Assembly (NCBI RefSeq): GCF_006345805.1
Contig: NC_043012.1
Location: 53,878,001-53,942,000 of the forward strand
Source: Octopus sinensis
Taxonomy: Eukaryota
Length of the DNA: 64,000 nt
Direction: 5' to 3'
Shown: positions 40,228 to 54,030 of the stretch, piece after piece
Layout of the letters: each line of letters opens with the position of its first letter
Position numbering within the stretch: position 1 is the stretch's first letter
Made by a program: the position numbers and the translations under genes
The notes under the pieces: model-generated
Databases searched by the model: none
What the model saw: only the letters and a program-made list of their open reading frames with translations
What the model was told of the DNA's origin: nothing

Positions 40228-40648
40228 AGATCTTTTCGGTTTGAACGGCAGTTTTTAACATAATTTCTAGGTCACTAAAAAATTTTTAACTTCGTATACT
40301 GGTAGAATGTGTTTATAAACATCTTTGTCTCTTGGCTTTATTGAGAAAATTCTATAGTTTGTAAGATATTTGTTGGGTTTTTTTCCTTCAATTTCTGCAA
40401 TTTCAACCAATCACTGTCGTCTATTGAGGTAAAAGACATTCTGTGCCGTATGAATATGTCCCTCGTTTAAGAAACAGATTGGGTTTATTTACATTTGTGA
40501 AGAAAAAAGATATCCTTCCCCCTAACCCTAACTAACCCTAGCCCTAAAACAGATTGAACTGCAATAGATCGATACTAGGGACATACTTATGGGTGACAAT
40601 TTCATATGATACCGCTAGAAAAAACTGCCGTTCAAACCGAAAAGATCT
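40228..40648. mobile_element. Second copy of the TTAGGG-containing MITE, opposite orientation
   Basis: Same TIRs; near-TSD CACACGCG/CACACACG; CCCTAA repeats at about 40520-40545. Confidence 0.9.
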
Positions 40649-41730
40649 CACACACGTAATTAGCGTCTACTAATTCCATTGATATTCTCATTTTATCGAA
40701 GTTTTTCTATTCCCTGTAATGTATACATAACCCTCTGCCTTCTTTTTCCTTAATATGCAGCCAGTTCCCTTGCGATACGTATTTTCCACTCATTGTTGAA
40801 ATCATGTAACCACCTTTCAAGAAATTCTACAGTTTCCATAATAGGAAGATGAGAATTTGCTCAGAATTGTTATAATTTTACCCAGTGTAATTTTCTTTTA
40901 AATTTTCTTGCTGCATTTTGATGTCTGATGGAAGTAAAGGACCAAAATTCGATCTTGGTGGAAGGCCCGTACTTTCTTTTGTGTTCTGTACTATTTTCTG
41001 GAGCTTTTTTCGTGGCTTCATTTCGAGAAATGTCTCCTGGTAAGGACATTTCTTTGGTGTCATTGTGACATGGCGTGTGATATCACCGCTGTCGTTGATG
41101 TTGTTGTTAATTATATTGTAATGCGTTTTACTGTTAACTTTGTGTTTGGATACAAATGTTTTCTCTTTCACAATGATTTATTTTTACATCCTAATTTTAG
41201 TCTTTTGATGTCGTGTTTTGTTTCGGTTGTGTGTGGCTTTGGTGTATTGTGCTTGAAATTGTCTCCGCTTTTTATGAGGTCGTTTATTTATGGTCTTAGA
41301 TTGAGATTTTGTTTTTATGTTGCCCTATGGGATATGGTTTTTTAGATACGTCTATAATTATTCTGGTGAATTAAAGTGTCTATCTTGATGATTATGGTAT
41401 TGTTGAGTTCTGAAAGCCTTGATTCTGTTTCTTGCAAGAATTCGTTCTACTGAGGTTTGTTTTATTTTTATTTTTCCAAGTTTCAAACGATATTTTTGCT
41501 TTCCGTGTTGATGTTTGGGCGTGTTTTGATGTTAATTAGAAGGTGGACCGATGAAATTGGAAAATTGCTTTGTCAAATGTTTGTTGCGGTTAAGTATGGG
41601 GAGAATTTAATATCTGGAAAATAGTTGCTGTACTTGGCTTCGTGAAGTATCTGTGTTTATATTGGTTCTTTTGGAAGTCGAAAATGAAGTTTAGTTGCCG
41701 ACATTACACCGCCTTTGTTTTTAAGTATAA

Positions 41731-42600
41731 AATTTGAAAATTAAAAATTTTTTACTCTACTTTTTGAAAAACCTGAGTCGTAATTTTCTCTGATGACGGT
41801 GATTTAATACTATTAAATTGCTGTAGTTTGTGAAGTAATGATCTACGATTGGCGAGGCCAGTGATGTTATGTGTATGTGTGTGTTGTAGCACTGCTCTCT
41901 ATGTAAAAAGTTCTGTCTTTTGCAATTTGAATGTAATTAGCAATAGTGAATGTTTGGTTGTTTTCTGCATTATTACTGCGGTATGTCGTGGACGAGCATA
42001 AAACCTTTTCGTTCTTTGAAGTATTTTAAAAGCCGTTAATAATGTATTGCAGAAGATATATATATATATATATATATATTGTTATGTTAACAAAATTAAA
42101 TTTTTGCATGGAAACACTCAGTTTTTAAATATTCAGACACGATAAAATGGTGCTGTCAGTTTTTTCACAGTTTATTGTTTTCACTATTGTATTATTTTTA
42201 AAGTAATTTGTTTTTCTGGATTATCTCTAAATATGCTGGAGATTTTGTGGCTATTTTAAAGACTTTCTTAGACACATTTATAAGGAATGTTTTAGCTTCG
42301 TGCAGATTCATTTCTCAGCCACTGCCATTTACTGAAGATGTTTGGTAGTTCTTTCTTAAAATGTCTATAGAGTGGTCGTGAAAGGTTTGATTGGGTCAAT
42401 CATGATGTGAACGCTTCTTTCTTGATTGTAGCCGATTTGGTGAGTGCAAGAACGGAGGAGATGGTGAAAGATATGAAGTGGTGAAAGAGTTCAAGTATTT
42501 CACTAAGAGTGACTTTCTTTATTTAGAATGGATGAATGATTAAGTGGGTCTCCGCTGGAACTTGCCTCAAGGTGCAGGTAACCAGTACAAATACTGTAAT
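41731..42600. repeat. About 870-bp direct repeat, copy 1
   Basis: Aligns from AATTTGAAAATTAAAA to CAAATACTGTAAT with 43971-44847. Confidence 0.95.
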
Positions 42601-42998
42601 GCCTGCTATCTATCCGGCACCCTAATATCTCACTCAGTTCGTCTGATTGAACACAACATAACTGATGCAATAGATTATAAGTGTAGCCCCTAACGATGAT
42701 GGTAGTTTCTCGTGGTTTGAGAAACATGGTTCAGCAACTGCTTGCTGAACAACTTGCACAGATAATTAGGGCTTTACTTAGGTTGAGAGTAAAAATAAAT
42801 TTTGTCCTAATGTTATACAGTTATGTTATTTTGTTCTGTATATTAACTCACCCCCTCCATGAAATTGACGTTGTTTGAAAAGGTTCACAAATGTATCACA
42901 CATTAGTTATCGATGTGATTGCAGAACAACGTGAGATGAAGAGTTTTGCTCAAGAACACAACACACCATCCAGTCCAGGAATTGAAATTTAATTTTAT

Positions 42999-43365
42999 AG
43001 GCGTAGGAGTGGCTGTGTGGTAAGTAGATTGCCTACCAACCACATGGTTCCGGGTTCAGTCACACTGCGTGGTACCTTGGGCAAGTATCTCCTACTATAG
43101 CCTTTGGCTGACCAAAGCCTTGAGTGGATTTGGTAGACGGAAACTGAAAGAAGCCCCATCGTATATATATATATATATGTATGTTTGCGTGTCTGTGTTT
43201 GTCCCCCCCCCCATCGCTTGACAACCGATGCTGGTGTGTTTACGTCCTTGTAACTTAGCGGTTCAGTAAAAGACACCGATAGAATAAGTACTAAGCTTAC
43301 AAAGAATAAGTCCTGGGGGCGGTGCTCCAGCATGGCTACAGTCAAATGACTGAAACAAGTGAAAG
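42999..43365 (+). mobile_element. SINE family A
   Basis: Full copy with a small tail deletion. Confidence 0.88.
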
Positions 43366-43970
43366 AGAAAAGAAAGAGTTGCTTTTATCATAGACACAAG
43401 GCCAAAAGTTGTAGTCAATTAAATCGTTCCTCGTTCTTGACAGGACACTTTATTTTATCGACCCCGATATAATGAAAGGCACAGCTGACAACGGTAATAT
43501 TTGAAGTTAGTACGTAAAGAGCTGGAACGAGTGCTGCGATGCAATTTCCTTTAAAGACTTCGCTTTAAAGTCTTTAAAGACATCGCTTTAAAGACTGTGC
43601 CAAACGATCACTTTTATACTAGGGTCCATAATAAACTCGATATCTGATAAATATTTTATATTCAATAAACGGCATGAATTTGAAGTATCAGTAGAGAGTC
43701 ATGCAAATTGTCTTACAACATTTACTTATTGTTTTTAGGTTCTGAATTCAAATCTCCACGAAGGTGACTTTACATTTCATCGTTTCGGGGATGATAAGAA
43801 TATTGAAATATCAGCTTATACATTGGATCTGATGCACTTGATTAGACTTCAACCCTGAATTTGTTACCTTGTCACTAAATTCGAAATCGAGGCTTTATAT
43901 TTAGTAAGAGTGATGCGAGTGGCAGCATTGACAGAATAGCAGACAAACTGCCCTGTATTATTTAGTTGGG

Positions 43971-44847
43971 AATTTGAAAATTAAAAATTTTTTACTCTAC
44001 TTTTTGAAAAACCTGAGTCGTAATTTTCTCTGATGACGGTGATTTAATACTATTAAATTGCTGTAGTTTGTGGAGTAATGATCTACGATTGGCGAGGCCA
44101 GTGATGTTATGTGTGTGTTGTAGCACTGCTCTCTACGTAAAAAAAAAAAGTTCTGTCTTTTGCAATTTGAATGTAATTAGCAATAGTGAATATTTGGTTT
44201 TCTGCATTATTACTGCGGTATGTCGTGGACGAGCATAAAACCTTTTCGTTCTTTGAAGTATTTTAAAAGCCGTTAATAATGTATTGCAGAAGTTTTTTTT
44301 ATATATATATATATATATTTATATATTGTTATGTTAACAAAATTAAATTTTTGCATGGAAACGCTCAGTTTTTAAATATTCGGACACGATAAAACGGTGC
44401 TGTCAGTTTTTTCACAGTTTATTGTTTTCACTATTGTATTATTTTAAAAGTAATTTGTTTTTCTGGATTATCTCTAAATATGCTGGAGATTTTGTGGCTA
44501 TTTTAGAGACTTTCTTAGACACAGTTATAAGGAATGTTTTAGCTTCGTGCAGATTCATTTCTCAGCCACTGCCATTTACTGAAGATGTTTGGTAGTTCTT
44601 TCTTAAAATGTCTATAGAGTGGATGTGAAAGGTTTGATTGGGATAATCATGATGTGAACGCTTCTTTCTTGATTGTAGCCGATTTGGTGAGTGCAAGAAC
44701 GGAGGAGATGGAGAAAGATATGAAGTGGTGAAATAGTTCAAGTATTTCACTAAGAATAACTTTCTTTATTTAGAATGGATGAATGATTAAGTGTGTCTCC
44801 GCTGGAACTTGCCTCAAGGTGCAGGTAGCCAGTACAAATACTGTAAT
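43971..44847. repeat. About 870-bp direct repeat, copy 2
   Basis: High identity to copy 1 with scattered substitutions and microsatellite length changes. Confidence 0.95.
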
Positions 44848-45834
44848 TTTGAGTTCAAGTGCGAGCCTCCATTTCAAACTATTTTTATATCTCTTATACG
44901 AATAAACAGTTTTAGAAAGCATAAATGCTGAAATGTTTTAATACTTCCTACTTTAAAACTGCATGTTTTAGTATTTAGTTGCAAGAAACCAGTTTCATAT
45001 TTATTGATGCTTCATCTCAGGCTAACCTGCTTCACCAGACTTGTGATCAAATAAATTTCAACCGTGACCTTCGCGTCCTTTTAGGGCCTTTTAAAGGACT
45101 ACATCACCTGTTGTTTCCATATTTAGGACGGCAGAGTATGATTTCAGGAAAGATTTTACTGGGAGATTTTTAGCAGGTTACAACACAGCGGCTCACCTGA
45201 CGAATCAAAAAGCCAATGGACAAGTTAAATTTGCTCTGCAATCGGGAGGTCTTGGATTCGATCCCACTTCGTGGTATTGTGGTTAAGTGTTTATATCAAA
45301 ACCTCAGGTCAAGGTATGACTTAGGTAGACAGGATCTGTATGGAAATCCGTTGTACCTATAATTCAGGTGTTCAGTCTTATCACATGTTGCATAACGCTA
45401 ATCTTGTGCGAGTTTCATGTTAATGGCATATGTTTCTGTGGAATATTCAGCCACTTACACATCACTTTAACGAGTTAGACGTTCGTCGCTCACCATTATA
45501 TGATAGATCTGTTGATTTCGATGATGAATAAAAATCGACGGAAGAAGCTATCATTTAAGGACTGCTACCACGTTGAAGTAAAATGACTGAACCTGCATTG
45601 GAAAGCCGAGACTAAGACGCAGATTCAGTAATGATTTCTACTAAGCTTAACTCGCTAAGGAAAGAGGGAACATGTGACCCACACAACAACGTATGTTTTC
45701 ACCCTAAAAATAACGCCATTGTATCTACTCTAAAATGAATAATGAATAGCATTTAAAGGTATTAACAAAATATTATATCACATTTCAGACTGATATTTTC
45801 TTTGCTTTCTCATCTTTTTATTTCATTATTTTAG

Positions 45835-46085
45835 ACCACGCGGCTCGACTAAGTTTTCAGCGACCATCAAACTCGGAGCGCTAAAACAAGTTCTGTTTAA
45901 GGTCCGCTACCAGGAACTTTTGAAGCGAAAGTTGGGCTTCTATGAGCACATCCTCTATATTAATCCGTGTCGACCTATAAACGATATGAGCATTGAAGTA
46001 TACATAACAGAGTCCAATAAAATCAACATTCTACAAGTACCACCGTTAAGATCTGTAAATCCATCGGTTCCAGTTCAAGATTCAG
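45835..46085 (+). CDS. ITIH: ITIH-like protein, post-VIT exon (251 nt, phase 2-1)
   Basis: Acceptor AG 45833-34 and donor GTATG at 46086. TT|A gives L-PRGSTKFSATIKLGALKQVLFKVRYQELLKRKLGFYEHILYINPCRPINDMSIEVYITESNKINILQVPPLRSVNPSVPVQDS, containing the ITIH hallmark Y.ELL.R.LG.YE. Confidence 0.92.
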
Positions 46086-46364
46086 GTATGTTTATAGATT
46101 TTTTTAAAATTTAATTTCTTTTAGAATTTTTTTAAGGCGGTGAGCAGGCAGAATCTTTAGTGCGCCGGGTAAAATGCTTATCCATTCTTTCCCTTCTGAG
46201 TTCAAATGCCGCCGACATCGACTTTACCGTTTCTCCTTTCGGGGTCGATAAAATAAGTACCAGTCGAGCAGTGAGGTCGATGTAATCGACATAACCCCTT
46301 TTCCAAAGTTGCTGGCCTTTTGTCAAAATTTTTAACCAATTTCTTCTTTCCATTTTATTATTTT

Positions 46365-46755
46365 TATTTACTCTTTTACTTGTTTCAGTCATTTGACTGC
46401 GGCCATGCTGGAGCACCACCTTTAGTCGAGCAACTCGACCACAAGACTTATTCTATGCAAGTCTAGTACTTATTCTGTCGGTAACTTTTGCCGAACAGCT
46501 AAGTTATGGGGACGTAAACACACCAGCATCGGTTGTCAAGCGATGTTGGTGTGGGATCAAACACACACACAAACATATATATAAGTATATACGACGGGCT
46601 TCTTTCAGTTTCCGTCAACCAAATCCACTCACAAGGCTTTGGTCGTCCCGAGGATATAGTAGAAGACACTTGCTCAAGGTGCCACGCAGTGCGACTGAAC
46701 CCGGAACCATGTGGTTGGTAAGCAAGCTACTTACCACACAGCCACTCTTGCGCCT
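46365..46755 (-). mobile_element. SINE family A
   Basis: Full reverse copy. Confidence 0.88.
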
Positions 46756-48704
46756 ATTATTTATCCATTTATTTATTTGTGATATTATCTCTTCTTTCTG
46801 AAGGCAATGTCTTGGCAGAGTGGTTAGAGCGTCGGAGAAAATGTATTACGGTATATGTCCCTGCGCTCTGAATCCAATTCTACCTTTCAACTTTTAGGCC
46901 AAACTGAAAACTCCAAATCTCCACCATCAATATATCTTGCACAAAATTTTTGCTCCTCAGTTTAGTAAATAAGGAGACAAAACTGAGTGCATCCATATAA
47001 TTCTTTCTTCCTCGTAGTTTTGACATGTCATAAAAATTTAAAAGCGCTTAAATTTTACGAAATATTGCAATTTGTTCACCTTGCCTTATAAGAAACTCAG
47101 GTTTAGAGATCGATAAATAAAGTATCAGCCCAAGTCAGTTGATTGGCAGTGTTGTTCGAATGTCAGACAGGATGTCTGACAGAATCGATTCTAGCTCTTT
47201 TCGTTCTGAGTTTAAATACCGTTTCCTGTTAGCGAGAGCAAAAAGAACTTTTGTCCAGAGCTGCGATCAACAAACGGCATCATCAATAACAAGACGAAAT
47301 TAATCGGTTTTCTTGGTTCAATCAGAAGATCCGCACCCGCCATATTCTTGCTACCTTACAGAAGGAAACTAAAGTCTAAAACTTCGTTGAAGTGTTTTTG
47401 ATACTGAAGAAGGGATAATGTTGCGAGCAGAATATTTTCTATTCTTACTTTTGGCGTTGTTCGGTCACGAGTTAAAACAACAGACTCATTTGGCTCAAGT
47501 AAAGATTTCAGGTTCAATCACCTGTATAGCTCAGAATATATCCTGAAAATGTTTGGAAATGAATACCCGTCGAAATATTGTATCTGGGACACATCTGAGA
47601 TATTGAAAAATATCCTTATCTCGATTTCGCTGGTTCACAGAAGAAAATTACCTCAGCATTGCAAGTTGGCTCTCGTCAACTTTACAGTACTATAGTTGAT
47701 TGTAAATAACGAAGTGATCCGCTTATATTACCCATTTTGTAGGCAGAATATGTCGAAACATTTTACAGATGTCCATGCCATGTATACCATGTATGCGACA
47801 CAGTAATAATGACAAGATACGAACCGTCAACCTCACAGATTCTTTCCTAGGGGACTCGGGGGCCTTGAGCATTTTTCTTACAATTGTTTTATTTTCGTTT
47901 GTAAAAAGGTTGCAGATACTATAACCAGTAAAGCGACAGGTTAAATGCAGCCGGAGTCGTTTTTAACTTTGATCCTTCGTTGGTTGATAAAATACGTACA
48001 AATGAACCGCTCGAGATGATAAAATCTAAGTAAACGTCTTAGAATTGTGACTATGCTGGAAATCAATATTTATTGACAAGCCTGTGATCGAATTAACAGA
48101 AGTAATACTGCACTACATGGTTTACACAAAATCTCGTTTCATCTTGTTAGATTCTGAGCCGAAATACCCTTTTGTGTCGAATCAGTCTTTCATTTTCTTT
48201 GAGATTGCAAACAAATATTGGCTTTACGCCCAAGGTAGAAATCAATTTTTTTCTTTTGCGAATCCTATCGGAGTCAACTTTAAACTTTATCTTTCCAAAA
48301 TCGATAAAAAAAATATATATCACTATTCACTTGGTGTCGATGCAATTAAAGGTATCTCCCTCACTCTCTCTCTCTCTCTCTCTCTCTCCTAGATGTGGGC
48401 AAAGTGATTGATTCAAAAGAAACTAATGTCTGTCGAGAAGACTTAGAAAAGAGAGGAATTCCCGGGAGCTGCTAGTTTAGAGATAATGGATAAAACAAGT
48501 CGAATTTAGAGCATCGTTTAGAAGAAAAAAACATGATATTATCTGTAGGAAGAAGGGGTTATCCGTTACTGTCTCGTAATTATAGTTGAATGGATATTCA
48601 GAAAACAAACAACTTTAGAAGAGTAGTGGTCACGGCATAAAGAACTGGAGAGATTTCGGTGGTTCAGGGTTCGGGTACTTGTTTTTGTAAAGGAGTATCT
48701 TTTA

Positions 48705-48944
48705 TTTTTTTAGCTTCTACTTGTTTCAGTCATTAGACTATGGCCATGCTGGGGCACCGCCTTCCAGAGTTCTTAGTCGAACAAACCGAGCTTAATACTT
48801 TTTTTAAGCCAAGTACTTATTCTAGCGGTCTGTTTTGCCGAAGAGGAGTAAACAAAGCAGCACCGGCTCTCAAGCGGTGCTGCAAGACAAACACAAAGAA
48901 ACACACTCATGCACACGCAAACACACACACACACACACACACAG

Positions 48945-48991
<47 letters not shown>

Positions 48992-49153
48992 CGACGGGCT
49001 TCTTTCAGTTTCCGTCTACCAAATCCACTCAGAAGGCTTTGGTCAGCCCGAAGCTATAGTAGATGACACTTGCCCAAGGATCCACGTGGTGGGACTGAAC
49101 CCGGAACCATGTGGCTGGTAAGCAAGCTACTTACCACACAGCCACTCCTGCGC
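48705..49153 (-). mobile_element. SINE family A
   Basis: Full reverse copy. Confidence 0.85.
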
Positions 49154-49837
49154 GTGTGAATAACTTTTATATAATCAATCTTTTACCTGTTTTAGTCATA
49201 AAACTGCAGTGTTCAGTCCAACAAATCGATTCTAGTATTTGTGTGTGGTATTTATTTTATCGGCTACTTTTGCAGAACCGCTGAGTTACAGCGACGTAAA
49301 CAAGCCAAAAGTGGTTGCTAAACCGTAAGGGACACAAATACAACTACAAAGACAAGCATACATGCAAGCATACATATGCATGTATGTCTCTTCTATTTTT
49401 TAATTATTATAAACCTTCCACTGAGGAGGGAAGACACGCATACAAGAGGTGTGTCTAATAAGATTACGATCATAAGATCCAAAGAGATTTCGTTCGAAAT
49501 CCTTCAGACTCGATGTTTCCATGGCTCGACCATAGGTGGGTGTTATTTATAAAATCAGGCCTGATATAGAAATTCGAAGTTCATTCCTGTGAAGCTGATT
49601 GTTCAGTTGATACCAATATTCTAAGAAGAGGAAAGAGTTTCTGGAACATTGATAATCCCGCTTCATGTTGTGAGGTATGATGGAATCTCTTGTATTAATT
49701 AACTGCTACTTCTAGAGGGAGTCTCAAGCATTTGATAAGGTATTGTTAATCTCTAATGGATTTGGATTTATTCTTATTCTCGTACCGGTATTGTTTTTAG
49801 CATCATCATCTGTCCCTGAAAAATATTGATGTGTAGT

Positions 49838-50166
49838 GGATGGCTCAGTGGTTAGAGCGTCGAGCTTACGATCGTGAGGTTGTGAGCTCGAATCCCGGAC
49901 CGGGCTGCGTGTTGTGTTCTTGAGCAAGGCACTTTATTTCACGTTGCTCCAGTTCACTCAGCTGTAGAAATGAGTTGCGACGTCACTGGTGCCAAGCTAT
50001 ATCGACCTTTGTCTTTCCCTTGGATAACACTGGTGGCGTGGAGAGGGGAGGCTGGTATGCATGGGCGACTGCTGGTCTTCCATAAACAACCTTGCCCGGA
50101 CTTGTGTCTAGGAGGGTAACTTTCTAGGTGCAATCCCATGGTCATTCGTGACCGAAGGGGGTCTTT
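49838..50166 (+). mobile_element. SINE family D
   Basis: Aligns with 14915-15246. Confidence 0.85.
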
Positions 50167-51124
50167 AGTGGGGGAAATGTCGGCCGCGACAAAGTTAAGC
50201 GGTTGCAATCCATATTTTTATCTGAAAAAATTTCGAGGATATCATAGTTTTTAGACATTTGAAGAAGATTTGAAATCAAATGGAAAAACAACCGATTAAA
50301 TGCAGCCATTGTTTAGTTATACAACCGCAGTATTCACTGGTTTACGCTGAACTTCGTTGTGGTACCTATGCGTAAAGAATTTATATGTACTATTTTTAGT
50401 GAGTTAGTATAATCAACGAGAACAAGGATGTTTGTGATTCCTTCAAACAGCGCAGAAGAGCGAGTTTTATAGCGATGATGGGTTGCACACTCTGGATGCA
50501 CTGAATCATGTTAGTCATTAGACTGACGTCATTCCTATTTAACCAGCTGCATAACTTCTCAGAAGAATTATGATTAATTTGAAAATGATATTCTTATGAT
50601 ATTTCATTTCCAGCAGAAATTTGACCAAAACAAAATAGAAAACTTATTTCTCTATCTATTACAAGAGCGATATTTCTTTCAAGCAGTAGCTAAACAGTTT
50701 ATGGGGATCATACATCAAATCGCACATCAAAACGATTCCAATCAAGTTTCTTCTATGACTTGGTGTGGTGCAGTATATTAAACAAATTATCAGTGAATAT
50801 ATAGATTCTATTTGAAGAGAATGCTACTGTTTGGCCAAACTCCAAGATATGATATAGCTTAGAAGACACAAGTCTGTCATTAAAGATTTTGATATATGCT
50901 TCAAACAAACCTCTATGTAGTTATATCGCAGATCTAAACGAGAAAATTTCTTTGCTGCATGAAAACACTTCAAATCTATAGACATAATGTCAGTGTATTT
51001 TACATAGTTGTGTTACAATATATCAGCGAGACAAGTTTATCGCTTTCATTAAAATAATGTAATAGTGTCTTCTAAAGTCCGTGCGCATATTTATTGAAAA
51101 ATAAATACTTACTATAGTTGCAAT

Positions 51125-51527
51125 ATTCTTTTACTCTTTTACTTGTTTCAGTCATTTGACTGTGACCATTCTGCATCACCGCCTTTAGTCGAACAAATCG
51201 ACCCCAGGACTTATTCTTTGTAAGCCTAGCACTTATTCTATCGGTCTCTTTTGCCGATCCGCTAAGTTACGGGGACGTAAACACACCAGCATCGGTTGTC
51301 AAGCGATGTTGGGGGAGACAAACACAGACACACACACAAATATATATATATATACACATATATACGACGGCCTTCTTTCAGTTTCCGTCTACCAAATCCA
51401 CTCACAAGGTTTTGGTCGGCCCGAGGTTATAGCAAAAGACACTTGCCCAAGGTGACACGCAGTGGGACTGAACCCGGAGCCATGCGGTTGGTAAGCAAGC
51501 TACTTACCACACAGCAGCACTTGCGCC
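51125..51527 (-). mobile_element. SINE family A
   Basis: Full reverse copy. Confidence 0.88.
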
Positions 51528-51579
51528 TTAATAAAATTCAGAATATCTAATGATAATAATAATAATAATCATTTCTTCT

Positions 51580-52135
51580 ATAGGCACAAGGCCAGAAATT
51601 TTGGAGGAGAGAAGGCCAGTTGATTAGATCGACCCAGTACGCAACTGGTACTTAATTTATCGACCCCGGAAGGATGAAAGTCAAAGTTGACTTCTGTGGA
51701 ATTTAATAAAGATTATATTTATCGTTATTAGTGGCGATGTGAAGGCGGCAAGAAGGCAAAATCGTTAGCATGCCGCACAAAATGCTTGACGGTTTCTTGT
51801 CGGTCTTCACGTTGTGAGTTCACATTCAGCCATGGTCACTTTAGCCTTTCGTCCTTCCTAGGTCGATGAAATAAGCACCAGTACAGAAATCAAGGCCTTG
51901 TGCCTATTGTAGAAATGGTTTATATTTGGCGGCGTGCTGGCAGAACCGTTAGCGCGTCAGACATAATACTCAGCGACATTTCTTCCGAGTTTATATTCTG
52001 AGTTCAAATTGCTCCAAGGCCGATTTTGTCTTTTATCCTTTCACGATTGATAAAATAAGTACCAGTTAATCAATGGGGTCAACGTTATCCACTTAGCCCT
52101 TTTTCTGAAATAGTTGGCTCTGTGTCAAAATTTGA
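51580..52135. mobile_element. Cluster of three family C fragments in mixed orientation
   Basis: 51580-51705 (-), 51743-51890 (+) and 51927-52135 (+). Confidence 0.65.
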
Positions 52136-53132
52136 TACTATTGTTGTTATGAGTATTTCTAATTCACGCACGCTAGTCAGCAGTTTTTAGTGGACGGGTC
52201 TACTCGACAACATCGACCCAGGCACTCGACTAATACTTTAATTCTTCGACATCAGATGGATAGAAGGCGAAGCAGACCACAGCGGAATTTGAACTAAGAA
52301 CATAAGCAGCTGAAATAAAATGTTGATGATAGTTGGGCTGGCGATAATTTGGCCGAAGAAAAACGTGTCTATCTTAATCTCTTTCGATCTCGTCAATAGC
52401 ACAACCTCTTTCACCATACCTATGAGAGTAAGGAAAATTGCCGTTTCCGGCCAAAGCAAGGTAGCTGCGCCAACACTACAATCGCTTTCGTCCTAGTCAT
52501 ACAAGGGGAAATTGCTCGCTTTTCCCAGACTGTGGATTGGATTTCATAATGGACTTCACCGATAGCCGGATACGTTCTGCATGTGGTAGCAGCAGTCCAA
52601 CAAAACAATGTAAGTCATTAGTGGCATTAATGCTCAGAATTTTATCAAGCATATACAGAATCTCTGTTACATACTGCTGGAAGCACTTCCGTTCCTGTAG
52701 AGTTTATTCCGAACTGGCAAGATTTCGGTAGCACTGCTAGACCAGAGATTTCTGGAAATTGCCCATAGTTTGGGGTCAAAAGGTTTTCGGAACAAATTAG
52801 CTTTTTCATTTTCATTGCTACTCAAGTTTCTCCGAGAATTTTGTCGCCCTGCTTTACCACTGGTATTCACTAGAATACAGAAGTTGAACTTCCACCAATC
52901 CCATTATCAGTCTGCTGAGATTTATGAACGCCTGAAATCCCAGGAGCCAGGTACTTAATTTCAGGTTTTTTGCTTAACCTAGAACTAATGCTCCATGAAA
53001 GAGATGAACTGCGAAAAACTCGTCTGATGAAGGATGGCTACATCTATTCATTGTTCAGGAATATTTGTAGGTACTGCAGCCTCAGTGCATGCCTGTACAT
53101 CATCAGCCACAGCATACAACCACAGCATGCGC

Positions 53133-53320
53133 GGAGATGCAATGGCCCAGTGGTTAGGGCAGCGGACTCGCGGTCGTAAGAACGCGGTTTCGATTCTCAG
53201 ACTGGGCATTGTGAGTGTTCATTGAACAAAAACACCTTAGATCGACGAGGCTCCGGCGGGAGTGGGTGAACCCTGCTGTACTCTTTCACCACAATTTTCT
53301 CTTACTCTTTCTTCCTACTT
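53133..53320 (+). mobile_element. SINE family B, partial
   Basis: Head GCAATGGCCCAGTGGTTAGGGCAGCGG. Confidence 0.8.
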
Positions 53321-53339
53321 CTGTCACAAAGCAGAGGGA

Positions 53340-54030
53340 CCATGGTGTAACCCACTATGGTGTGGTAAACTTTCAGACCCTAGTCTAGATTGCGAATCCT
53401 CTGTACCCCAGGATAGTTCAGCACTCCAGCCGTTAAAAGCCACCGTTTACGGAATGAGGATAACAACGTAGCTTTCGCGCCCGTGCAATCGCCAATCTAT
53501 CGAGTGTGGTGGGTGGATCTTCAAGTTGCCACACGCATTCTGAGTAGCTTAGAGTAGGCTCGAATTAGAGTTTATACTTTGTGGCTAATGGCGTGAGTCC
53601 AGATTGGAAAAAGAAGACCACCACCATAGCATGCAGAGCCGTTTAAATTAAAGATGTTGACAACACATCCTGACCAGTGGAATGCATCCCTGAATACGAC
53701 GTAAAAGCACAGACGGTTCAATTTGGTGATATGAAAACTGTGAAAAGGTACGACGATCAGGCAGAAGTATATGATGGAAATGATGTACCCGCTCACACCT
53801 CTGCTTGACGTGACAGGGATAGCTTCTTCTCAGAGTATTTATGATTGAAAATGGGCACTTCGCTCGTACCCTTCAACACAGTTTCTATCAATCTGAAGGT
53901 CAAGATCAAACCGGATCCCAAATAACTTAACTGGATCATCCGCCCAGTCTCTCATGACACGGTCTGCTGGAATAGTGTTGCCCTCAAGATGCCGAACAGC
54001 AACATTACATACAAGTTCGAATTAATCTTT
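53340..54030 (-). mobile_element. Tx1/L1-type LINE post-RT fragment, decayed
   Basis: Minus strand DWADDPVKLFGIRFDLDLQIDRN and KKLSLSRQAEV resemble ..VK.LGVWF..DLQ..KNW and R.LSL.GRA.V. Confidence 0.55.

Noticed and set aside
49430-49510. CTGAGGA...GAAA as a hammerhead
   Set aside because: No convincing stem II or III. Likewise CTGATGA at about 29485 and 53025 lack a properly placed GAAA or stem.
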